From: Prevotella sp. | GTDB lineage: Bacteria > Bacteroidota > Bacteroidia > Bacteroidales > Dysgonomonadaceae | Assembly: GCA_031285625.1 (NCBI GenBank) | Contig: JAITVV010000053.1 | Coordinates: 35,180 to 99,179, forward strand | Direction: 5' to 3' | DNA length: 64,000 nucleotides | In this document: positions 18,700 through 27,716 of the stretch, in pieces | Numbering within the stretch: the stretch's first letter is position 1 | Layout of the letters: every line of letters begins with the position of its first letter | Notes under the pieces: model-generated | The model's input: the letters and a program-made list of their open reading frames with translations, nothing else | What the model was told of the DNA's origin: nothing | The model's database searches: none | Translations under genes and position numbers: made by a program

Positions 18700-20961
18700 T
18701 TACAATTTTTCGGCAGATGGTGGTGCATCATTTGCCCCCCATGCCTTGTTTGCTTTGTTACCCATTACCAGTACAAGCTTAGCTCCGTTTTCAATATCGG
18801 AATGGCTGAACCAGGGTTTGTTCCATTCCTGGCCATTGAGAGTGGCTGACTGGATATATTTATTATCATCAGAATAATTCTGAGCTTCTATTTCAAATAC
18901 TTTTCCGTTACTCATTGTCATTTGTGAATGAGCAAAGAAAGGACTTCCTATATTATAGACAGGCATACCAGGTGTTACAGGATAGATCCCCATCATAGAG
19001 AATACAACGAAAGCCGATGTACCACCTCCGTCTTCATCGCCGGGAAGACCCATCAAGTCGTTTCTGAACCATTGGTTTATGAGAGTATGGATACGTTTCT
19101 GGGTTTTCCAAGGTTGTCCTGCATAATTGTACAGGTATGGAATGTGCAGGCTTGGTTCGTTTGCCATAGAGAACTGTCCTACATTACCTGTATGATCCGG
19201 TAAATGAGAGTAGAATGTATATTTACCTTCACCTAATGGTTCTACAAACATCTGGTTCAGGTTATTGATAAACTGTTCGTTCCCGCCCATCAGGCTGATC
19301 AGGTCGGCTACATTGTGAGGAACATCCCAGCGATAAACCCAACCATTGTTTTCTCCGTAGTACTCACGTGCACCCATGCCTCCATCGAAGCGGTAGTCGA
19401 ACGGTTCTATGAATTTGCCGTCTTTGTCTTTAGGGTGAAAGAAAGCTGTTTCAGGATTGTAAACATTGCGGTAGTTGTATGAACATTTCAGATAATAATC
19501 TGCTTCTTCATTTTTACCAAGTGCTTTTGCTATTTGTCCCAGACACCATTGGTCGTATGCTGTACCCAGTGTAACTGCAATCGGTTGTCTTTTTTCGAAA
19601 GAGTTTACATTGGCTACAGTTTCTTTTTCTCCAGGATATAGTGCCGGAATGTAACCTTTTTCTTTATAGAATTCGTCCAACCATCCTGCAGGAGCACCCG
19701 ACCAAGGAATCAGTGTTTTTTCTTCCATTCCTTTTTTACATGCGATGTATGCTTTTTCCAGGTCAAATCCTTTCAAGCCTTTTACATAACCATCGATAAC
19801 GGTAGCAACAGCATGATTCGAATTCATCCGACGCGAGTCTCCTGTTACTTCGGGGAATGTAGGCATCCAGTTGGTACCCATTTGTTCTGCCATCAGCAGG
19901 AATGAGTTGATAATATTTACTTCTTCTTCGGCATCGATCATCACTCGCAATGGGTGAGTTGCACGATAGGTATCCCATATCCAGTCGTCGGTGTAGAACG
20001 GTTTACCTCCGTCTTCATGTACTTTTCCGTCGAATGCGCTGAAATAACGTCCGTTTTCGCTGATGCACACAGGGCGTTCAAAACAACGATACAGAGATGT
20101 ATAGAATACAGTCTTGTCTGTATCGTTGTCTCCACCAACTTTGATCTTACCTAAAGCCTCATTCCATATAGTCCGGCCTTTTTCAGCCAGTTGTTTCACA
20201 TTATAATCTTTTTGTTCGCGTTGCAGATTATTTTTTGCTTGTTCTTCGCTAATAAATGAGATACCATAACGGATATTGATTGTTTGTGGTTTATCCCCAT
20301 AATACAGGGCTACACAAGCATTTTTACCCTCTAAGTTTTTTTCATTTTCGACGATCACATTGTCTCTTAGTACACCGGATTGAACAGGTGTTTGTTCTGT
20401 TTCCAGATATATATAAACATTGGTATTATTTGCTAGTTTTTGGAATCCGCTCACTGTGTTTCCTTCCACTTTCATTCCTCCGTTGCGGGAGTTGAGTATA
20501 AGGTAAACCGGTGTTTCAGGCAGGGTATAATCTATCTGATAGATTGCGGATTGGTGAGATAGTGCATATGTAACATGCGTTTGCTGGTCGTCCAGATCTA
20601 CTTCATAGCTGTACGGTGTCAGTTTTTCCCTGTCATAACTGTACGATACAACCGGGGTTATTTTACTTTTGTCTCCCTGGTACGGGCTGAGGTTGAAAGC
20701 AGAACTTCCTCTGTGGCTTGTAACTATTAGGGGCAATCCTTTAATTACATCTCCCGTAAAATCGCCACGTTCGGGATATACCCTCAACATACTGTTCGGC
20801 ATGTGGATAGTAGGGTAGGTTGGTACCAAAAGGTGACTTATGTTTCCCATGTATGGGTTCACATAATCAACCGGAGCTTTGTCTGTTCTACTCTTATCGG
20901 TCGCTGTACAAGCCGATAAAATAAGAATACAAATAAAAAAGAATACTTTACTGAGTTTCAT
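18700..20961 (-). CDS. GH92 alpha-mannosidase, lipoprotein-like
   Basis: DYVNPYMG, WIWDTYR, GENN, ANEPS and PGDEDGG motifs; LSAC. Confidence 0.92.
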   Translation of the reverse strand: MKLSKVFFFICILILSACTATDKSRTDKAPVDYVNPYMGNISHLLVPTYPTIHMPNSMLRVYPERGDFTGDVIKGLPLIVTSHRGSSAFNLSPYQGDKSKITPVVSYSYDREKLTPYSYEVDLDDQQTHVTYALSHQSAIYQIDYTLPETPVYLILNSRNGGMKVEGNTVSGFQKLANNTNVYIYLETEQTPVQSGVLRDNVIVENEKNLEGKNACVALYYGDKPQTINIRYGISFISEEQAKNNLQREQKDYNVKQLAEKGRTIWNEALGKIKVGGDNDTDKTVFYTSLYRCFERPVCISENGRYFSAFDGKVHEDGGKPFYTDDWIWDTYRATHPLRVMIDAEEEVNIINSFLLMAEQMGTNWMPTFPEVTGDSRRMNSNHAVATVIDGYVKGLKGFDLEKAYIACKKGMEEKTLIPWSGAPAGWLDEFYKEKGYIPALYPGEKETVANVNSFEKRQPIAVTLGTAYDQWCLGQIAKALGKNEEADYYLKCSYNYRNVYNPETAFFHPKDKDGKFIEPFDYRFDGGMGAREYYGENNGWVYRWDVPHNVADLISLMGGNEQFINNLNQMFVEPLGEGKYTFYSHLPDHTGNVGQFSMANEPSLHIPYLYNYAGQPWKTQKRIHTLINQWFRNDLMGLPGDEDGGGTSAFVVFSMMGIYPVTPGMPVYNIGSPFFAHSQMTMSNGKVFEIEAQNYSDDNKYIQSATLNGQEWNKPWFSHSDIENGAKLVLVMGNKANKAWGANDAPPSAEKL

Positions 20962-20999
20962 AATAGGTTAATTTATTAATTTGAATTTATTCACAAATA

Positions 21000-21045
21000 C
21001 AAAGTAAACCTCATTCAATTAATAGTTAGATTAATTCTGTATTAA
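21000..21045 (-). promoter_or_regulatory. PUL promoter: -7-like TTACTTTG plus phased TTAA array
   Basis: caaagtaa at 21000-21007; TTAA at 21019, 21031 and 21042. Confidence 0.6.
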
Positions 21046-21067
21046 TATTCAGAAAAAAGTAGAATAA

Positions 21068-21108
21068 ATTTCACTAATCCGGAGTATACTATTCCGGATT
21101 AGTGAAAT
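21068..21108 (-). terminator. Hairpin terminator after susC-susD-DUF3823
   Basis: atttcactaatccgga / tccggattagtgaaat, a 16-bp stem. Confidence 0.75.
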
Positions 21109-21118
21109 GTTTAATCAG

Positions 21119-21898
21119 TTATTCGCACTTAAATTCGATTATTTCAGAATAATTATATTTCTGACTAGCATCATTTACATTGGCACCAATTCTCGCGCGG
21201 TAGGTATAGCCTGAATTCTTAATAAGTCCAAGTTTAAATCTATACGTATCACGCCCGATACCAGTGGTCATATCGCCTATATCCGCCCAAGTTTTATTCA
21301 ATTCAATCTTGTTCGCATTATTGTTCTGCTCACTAATTTCGCCGATGTTGGCGCTTGCTCCACAGAATGGTGTCCAACTGATGAATGGTTTGATTTCTCT
21401 CACGTTAGGTAGACCTTCGGTAATAGGCGCTTTCAATTTACAACTCATATGGAGGGTATCTACCTTAGTACCATTATCTTTCGTCGTAGTAACCACTTCC
21501 CATGTGAGATCTGTAATCTGTAAATAAGGAGTTACCTCAAAGTCATGGTTCAGTGTACCTTTAAGTACATGGCCCTCTGTTCTTTCCACCGGCCAGAAAG
21601 GCCCATTGAAAGGTTGCATCGCATACGTTGCGTCAAAGAGCCGGATATCCTGATAAGTACCATCTTGCTTCACTGGAATGTCTTGTGGCGAAACTGCATC
21701 ACCCCAGCTTGTTTCCCATATCCGAATTTGGAAATCATCCGTACTGGTAAGAAGATTCTGACCGGCAGTCTTATCTTTCACATTTCCCTTCATAGCCGAA
21801 GAGGGAGCATCGTAGTTGTCGACATCGGTAAAGCAAGATGACAACATCAAGGTTGATCCTACTACCACCAACAATTTATATAATAATTTTCGTTTCAT
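21119..21898 (-). CDS. DUF3823-type surface lipoprotein (SusE-position)
   Basis: LSSC lipobox and DNYDAP...G...D...G pattern, directly after susD. Start moved to MKRKLL. Confidence 0.75.
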   Translation of the reverse strand: MKRKLLYKLLVVVGSTLMLSSCFTDVDNYDAPSSAMKGNVKDKTAGQNLLTSTDDFQIRIWETSWGDAVSPQDIPVKQDGTYQDIRLFDATYAMQPFNGPFWPVERTEGHVLKGTLNHDFEVTPYLQITDLTWEVVTTTKDNGTKVDTLHMSCKLKAPITEGLPNVREIKPFISWTPFCGASANIGEISEQNNNANKIELNKTWADIGDMTTGIGRDTYRFKLGLIKNSGYTYRARIGANVNDASQKYNYSEIIEFKCE

Positions 21899-21918
21899 AT
21901 CTGTTATTTTATTAATTG

Positions 21919-23964
21919 TTACCATAGGGGATTTTGGATCAGATTCGGATTTATATTTATCTCACCGCCAGGTATACTTTCGTAGTACGCTTTTTTCTCG
22001 AAAGTAAACTGCTTCCAGTCTGTAGTGTATTCACGGATAAAAATATATTTTCCTTCACTGAGTACAAAGTAAGGATAGAATGCGTGTGGGCGGAATTGCT
22101 GGAGGGCAAAGGAAAAACCTTTAGCTCCTGTTATAGGATCCACAGCATCACCACCATCGAGCCTCCTAAGCTGATCGGCCACTCTCCACCGACGGATATC
22201 AAACCAGCGATGGTTTTCTATCAGCAATTCTCTGGCACGTTCTTCGCGTATGTATTCCAGGTTTTCATCTACTGTCTGGCCATTGATAATATATGTAGCT
22301 ACCGGAGATGCCTTAGGAGTCCATGCAACGCCGCCGGCGCGGTTACGGATACGGACTATATTCTGGTAAGCCAGGTCTTTTTGTCCCAGTTCGTAAGCGG
22401 CTTCCGCTTCGTTCAGCAAGATTTCGGCAAAGCGAAACACTTTCCATGGATGATAACATGTGTTTGCAGCAGCCATTGCTATGCTCAGTTTATAATCTAC
22501 ATATTTGCGCATAAAGGCGCCTGTAAGGCTGTTGTTCTCATTTCCGCCCCAGCAGCCATGAAAATCGGAAATCAACTTATCCGGGCTTTTTGACCAATCC
22601 CATGCTGTCTGATACGAATTATTCGGGTCGAATGTCCATCGTTTACCTCCACCTACAGCACGGTTGGTCAGTGCATTTATACCGCTTGGAGCATTGATGT
22701 CTCCCTGTCCGGCATCGAGCATTATTCCTGTATAGGTATTGTAAACACCTCTTTGTACTGCAAATTTGTTTCCGCGTAGTTCTTGTCCCGAGAAGAAGAA
22801 GTTGGCCCTCATACGTGGCTCGAAGTCGGTGGTTTGCCACAATTCTTCGCGCGTATTGAAGCGGCGCGGAGTACCGTCCGGATTTTCAAGTGGCAATTTC
22901 TGGTACAACTCCAATGTTTCTACCGAAGGATACCATAGCGAGCCGGGCCACTGTGCCATACCGTCTATATTTCCGTTTTGATATTGCGGAGAAGCAGCAC
23001 CATCGTAGCTGTGGTAAAGTTGTGCATCCTGATTCGCACTTTGGCTATATTGCTTTACAAAAATATCTTCTTTATTAATTGTCAGGAACAGGTCGACATA
23101 ATTTTGCTCTTTCTGATCTCGCGGAAGATTTTCACCCACCAATTCATAAGGGCCTTCTTTCACCATTTTGCTACCTTTCAGCGATTCTTCGAAGAAATAG
23201 TTGGCCTTGTCTATAGGAATACCTACCAAACCGGCTGCCGCGGCAGGGTCGGATGAAGCTGTAGTATAGTCTCCATACTTGGCAATGGTACCTGCATACA
23301 GCATGGCGCGTGACATCAGGGCAGCAGCTACATATTTATTGCCTCGTCCTATATCCGATTTGTCCGTCATGTTGGCCATAGCAAATTCCAGATCGTCGTG
23401 TATAAATTGCCATGTTTCCAACTCGGTGGCACGGGGTACCATCAATTCTTCTCTAGGAGCTGTTGGATTCTGCACGGTGGTGACGATAGGTACGCCGCCA
23501 TAACGCTTCGCTAATCCGAAGTAATAGAATGCTCTCAGGAAACGGGCTTCACCCATTAATTCATTATAAACCCCTTCTTCAAAATTAGCCTGAACAGTAG
23601 GTAGTGTCTCGATCACGGTATTGACATAGCGTATACGGTCGTAGGGCCAATAATTGAATCCTCCGGCTTCGTCTACGTTACCCCGGCCGCCTACAAGTTC
23701 GCCGTTCACCGTACTCTGGTAATCTTTTGGAATATCCCATTTGTTACCACCATTAAAACCATATCCGGGATCGTTTATTTTATAGTTGAAATCTTCGATA
23801 GGCAGCATCTGATAAGCAAGCACAAAGTATGATTTAATACCTGCCTCACTTCCTAACAAAACGGAAGAATCCATTTGCCCTTTCGGTTCCAAATCCAAAT
23901 CGCTACAGGAAGCCAGTACCAACGCTGCCAGTCCTGAAAGTAATATGTATTTTATCTTTTTCAT
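21919..23964 (-). CDS. susD: RagB/SusD-family glycan-binding lipoprotein
   Basis: LASC lipobox, EARFLRAFYYF.LAKRYGGVP, FRFAEILLNEAEA, ERARELLIENHRWFDIRRW and QNP.W. Confidence 0.95.
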   Translation of the reverse strand: MKKIKYILLSGLAALVLASCSDLDLEPKGQMDSSVLLGSEAGIKSYFVLAYQMLPIEDFNYKINDPGYGFNGGNKWDIPKDYQSTVNGELVGGRGNVDEAGGFNYWPYDRIRYVNTVIETLPTVQANFEEGVYNELMGEARFLRAFYYFGLAKRYGGVPIVTTVQNPTAPREELMVPRATELETWQFIHDDLEFAMANMTDKSDIGRGNKYVAAALMSRAMLYAGTIAKYGDYTTASSDPAAAAGLVGIPIDKANYFFEESLKGSKMVKEGPYELVGENLPRDQKEQNYVDLFLTINKEDIFVKQYSQSANQDAQLYHSYDGAASPQYQNGNIDGMAQWPGSLWYPSVETLELYQKLPLENPDGTPRRFNTREELWQTTDFEPRMRANFFFSGQELRGNKFAVQRGVYNTYTGIMLDAGQGDINAPSGINALTNRAVGGGKRWTFDPNNSYQTAWDWSKSPDKLISDFHGCWGGNENNSLTGAFMRKYVDYKLSIAMAAANTCYHPWKVFRFAEILLNEAEAAYELGQKDLAYQNIVRIRNRAGGVAWTPKASPVATYIINGQTVDENLEYIREERARELLIENHRWFDIRRWRVADQLRRLDGGDAVDPITGAKGFSFALQQFRPHAFYPYFVLSEGKYIFIREYTTDWKQFTFEKKAYYESIPGGEININPNLIQNPLW

Positions 23965-23978
23965 AATTATGAATCTCT

Positions 23979-26900
23979 TTAAAATTTAATAGTTGCACCA
24001 ATGTTCCATGTACGGTTTAGAGGATATCGGTAATTACCTGTTACATCATTACTGTTTTTGTCAGTATTACCATCTATCGCACCACCCTGTCCTCCGGGAT
24101 GTTCCGGATCCATGCCGTCCAAACCTGTGAAGGTAAGCAGGTTGTATCCACTCACATACACTCGCACATTTTTCGCTCCTACTTTTGATACTAATTTTTT
24201 AGGAAGGGTATATCCTATTTCCAAAGATTTCAAGCGCAGATAAGAAGCACTCTCGATGCGTGTCGATCCGTCAGGGTCATATTCGGCGCCTGTAGTAACC
24301 GGGAATTTTCCAGGTATCCATTTAGAGTTTGGATCGTACATTTTAGACGGGTCTTCCGGATGCCATCTATCCCAGAATTTAATGTTTGTACCTCCATCAT
24401 CCCATCCAAGAGGCTGGGCGTACGTTTCAGTATATCTGTAATGTATACCGGCTGCTCCCTGGAAACTAGCATTCAGGTCGAAGCCTTTATAGGCCGCACC
24501 AATGTTGAATCCATAGTTGAACAAAGGCATACCGAAAGTAGCCAGTGCCTGCATATCTTTGTCGTTGATTACACCGTCACCGTTCCAGTCTTGGTAATAG
24601 TAATCACCAGGGCGCATGCCACCGCCTCCGCCGAGGCGATACGAGTCGAAATTATAGATTTGGTCGAAGCTTTGGAATTGTCCCAATGTCTTCCGTACAA
24701 ACCAAATATCTTTGTAGCGATTCGTATTATCTCTACGTTTCCAGTTCTCGAAAGAGTTACCTGCCGGGCCTTGATCCAGCTTGTTCCTCCATTCGTTGCG
24801 GGTAGCGAACATATTAGCACTGATATTGTATTCAAAACCACCTATATTATTGCGGTGATATATCGACATATCGTATCCGAAAGTACGGTCTGTGTTCATG
24901 TTTTCCTCAGGCATATCGGCACCTACTGTTTTTGGGAGTGCCTCCGTTGATCTGCCTATAAGCCCGTCCCTGTTTCGTACATAGTATTCGAAGCTACCGC
25001 CCAACAGGCCGTTCCACATTTCTGCTTCGATACCTACATTGAGCATTTTGGCTGTATACCATGTGAGGTCGGGATTAGGTAATGAAGTCGGCTTCAATCC
25101 AGATTCCACGCCTCCGTTAGCACCATATATCCAGGCTATTTCCTGAGCTATTTGATACGCTGCACTCACTGTCGGATAATTGGATGCGGCACCGTCATCT
25201 CCCATCACACCATACGAACCTTTCAATTTGAGGTTGTTGATAAACGACAGAGGCGATTCTTTGAAGAACGTTTCTTCGCTGATGCGCCAGCCTGCCGAAA
25301 CCGAACCGAACATCCCCCATTGGGATTCTTTCGGGAACTTGGATGAACCATCATAACGCCCGGCAACTTCCAACAAGTATTTACCTGCATAGTCGTAGTT
25401 GAATTTACCTACAAAAGCCTGGCTCGATCTGTCCCAAGGAGAGCCTGAGTTCATAGAGCCTATTTGGCCGAGCGCGTCGCCGGCAAACAAGTATTCGGAA
25501 TTCAACGACAAATATCTTTTCGCATAAAAGTTATCACCTGTGCTGTATCCGTCTTCGAAGAGTATCAAGGCAGCCACATTGTGCACGTTGTTGAATGTAC
25601 GGTTGTAGTTCAATGAGAGCTGTAAGTTACGGTTTTCCCATTTCTCGTCCATTCGCTGGACTGATCGTTTCGATGGCGTACCACCGTCTCCCATTATAGC
25701 TCCTCCTGATTTATAGGTATCAGTGGCTTCATCATAATTATAGAGGCTATATCCTCTTTTTAGCCACCTGGAATCTTTGTCGCGGAAATCGTAATAGTAC
25801 GAAGCCTTAGCTGATAATCCTTTGATGCCGGGAATGTCGTAAGTGAGAGACAACTGTCCGTTAAATTTACGGTTGATGTACTTATTTTCTCCTACATACT
25901 TGGAATCAGTGTTAGCCAAAGGATGTCCGTCTATCAAACGATTATATTTCTCACCGGGAGAGGCGTTCAGATAGTTCGGGTTATTATTGGCATACACGGG
26001 AACATGAGGTTGTTGTACAAATACATTCTTATAAACGGTCCAAATATCTATACCAGGTTCTACCATATCATCCATGTATCCACCCAAAGAGACTGAAGCC
26101 TTGAGACGCTTGGTGATATTTACATCGACATTGGAACGGAAATTCCAACGGTCGTAGTTCATGGAATTGCTCCTGAGGGCAGATTCCTGATCCATATAAC
26201 CCAAGCTGAAGAAATAACGAACCGTTTCGGAAGCGCCATTCATGGTGATATTATGTTGCTGCTGCATAGCATTATTCCTAAAGGTTGCTCCCAGCCAATC
26301 GGTTGTTTTGCGTGTACCATCCCGGTAGGGTTGGTAGTCTGCATCCGTAAACTGAGGCACTGTGTTACCTGTCAGTGTATTGAACCAGTTTCCGGCATAT
26401 ATTTTTTCATTTACTAGATCCATATATTGTGTCGCATTTACATTATCGGGTACATACAAAAATTGCTGCCAACCGAAGTTCACTCCATATTCAATCTCAA
26501 AAGCTTTACCTCCGGTTGCCCCTCTTTTAGTGGTTACCAGTACAACACCGTTAGCCGAACGCAACCCGTAAATAGCGGCAGAGGCATCTTTCAGTATGGA
26601 AACACTTTCGATTTCGGAAGCATCCATGCGTTGGAAGGTATCGTTGTCAGAAGGAACACCATCGATGATAATCAGCGGAGAGCCTAATCCGCGAATATCG
26701 AATTTGGACTCGAATGCTCCCGGACGGCTACTGGTCTGTGTTACACGTAATCCTGGCAGTTTACCGGCAAGCATGTTCACTACGTTTTCGTTCTTTGTTA
26801 CTGTAATTTCCTTGCTTGCTACACTTGATACCGAACCCGTTAGAGTAGCTCTCTTCTGTGTGCCGTATCCTACTACAACTACATCATCCAATTCGGTTAA

Positions 26901-27239
26901 GTTCTCTTGCAATGTAATTGTAAAATCGGTGTTGTTATCCACCGGAACTTCTTTTTTGATATATCCGATAAATGAAACTATCAGCTTATTGTTAGCAGAA
27001 GCTTCAATGTTGAATTTACCGTCAATATCAGTCAGGGTTCCCCGCTGAGTGCCACTGATAGTGATCGATGCCCCGGGTATAGGTTCTCCCTGAGTGTCTG
27101 TAACTGTACCTCTGACTGTCTTTGTCTGCGAGAATGCGATAAGAGGCATCATCAGGCAAAGTAAAAGAAGTCCGGTGTACCGCCATATAATATGGCTACG
27201 CTCTTTTTTTCTTTTAATTTCTTGGTTGTGATTTTCCAT
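23979..27239 (-). CDS. susC: SusC/RagA TonB-dependent outer-membrane transporter
   Basis: VVVVGYGTQK, ILKDASAAIYG...ANGVVLVTTKRG and a C-terminal Phe. Confidence 0.96.
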   Translation of the reverse strand: MENHNQEIKRKKERSHIIWRYTGLLLLCLMMPLIAFSQTKTVRGTVTDTQGEPIPGASITISGTQRGTLTDIDGKFNIEASANNKLIVSFIGYIKKEVPVDNNTDFTITLQENLTELDDVVVVGYGTQKRATLTGSVSSVASKEITVTKNENVVNMLAGKLPGLRVTQTSSRPGAFESKFDIRGLGSPLIIIDGVPSDNDTFQRMDASEIESVSILKDASAAIYGLRSANGVVLVTTKRGATGGKAFEIEYGVNFGWQQFLYVPDNVNATQYMDLVNEKIYAGNWFNTLTGNTVPQFTDADYQPYRDGTRKTTDWLGATFRNNAMQQQHNITMNGASETVRYFFSLGYMDQESALRSNSMNYDRWNFRSNVDVNITKRLKASVSLGGYMDDMVEPGIDIWTVYKNVFVQQPHVPVYANNNPNYLNASPGEKYNRLIDGHPLANTDSKYVGENKYINRKFNGQLSLTYDIPGIKGLSAKASYYYDFRDKDSRWLKRGYSLYNYDEATDTYKSGGAIMGDGGTPSKRSVQRMDEKWENRNLQLSLNYNRTFNNVHNVAALILFEDGYSTGDNFYAKRYLSLNSEYLFAGDALGQIGSMNSGSPWDRSSQAFVGKFNYDYAGKYLLEVAGRYDGSSKFPKESQWGMFGSVSAGWRISEETFFKESPLSFINNLKLKGSYGVMGDDGAASNYPTVSAAYQIAQEIAWIYGANGGVESGLKPTSLPNPDLTWYTAKMLNVGIEAEMWNGLLGGSFEYYVRNRDGLIGRSTEALPKTVGADMPEENMNTDRTFGYDMSIYHRNNIGGFEYNISANMFATRNEWRNKLDQGPAGNSFENWKRRDNTNRYKDIWFVRKTLGQFQSFDQIYNFDSYRLGGGGGMRPGDYYYQDWNGDGVINDKDMQALATFGMPLFNYGFNIGAAYKGFDLNASFQGAAGIHYRYTETYAQPLGWDDGGTNIKFWDRWHPEDPSKMYDPNSKWIPGKFPVTTGAEYDPDGSTRIESASYLRLKSLEIGYTLPKKLVSKVGAKNVRVYVSGYNLLTFTGLDGMDPEHPGGQGGAIDGNTDKNSNDVTGNYRYPLNRTWNIGATIKF

Positions 27240-27450
27240 AATATACTTCTTAAATAAAGTAATTAATAATAAAATTTAAGTTTTGTGTGAATTGTCTTAC
27301 CTGAATGTTTTATAGTATTAATATTTCCAAATTCTATTCACACATCTCAATAGCATCTTATTCCTGTGAGTCAGGAAGAGTTAATAGGGTTCGTTTTCAT
27401 GATTGATTATTGGTTAAATGGTAAATGTTTTTAGGTGTGTGTATTTTTAG

Positions 27451-27544
27451 CTAATGTATATAACATATATTAATAATTTTGTAAAAAAATCATTAATAGG
27501 TTCATTAAAATTTCTATAATATTGTCTTTTAAATCATTTATTAA
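27451..27544 (-). promoter_or_regulatory. susC promoter: -7-like TACATTAG plus phased TTAA array
   Basis: ctaatgta at 27451-27458; TTAA at 27470, 27493, 27505, 27529 and 27541, with degenerate units at 27481 and 27516. Confidence 0.6.
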
Positions 27545-27604
27545 TGCGGTTTTTGCATTTTGAGAGGAAATAATGCTTTATCTGTATTTGGAATTATCTT
27601 TATT

Positions 27605-27699
27605 CTCTTTGTCATGCTGAGGAACGAAGGATCTTTCTTCATTATTCCATGAATAAGTGGAAGTGGGTCGGGATGCTTCCTTCGTCAGCATGACAAAGA
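27605..27699. repeat. REP-like doublet 7 (spacer type shared with doublet 15)
   Basis: ctctttgtcATGCTgaggaacgaAGGATct ... gggATGCTtccttcgtcAGCATgacaaaga. Confidence 0.88.
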
Positions 27700-27716
27700 C
27701 AGTATAACCTAATATC

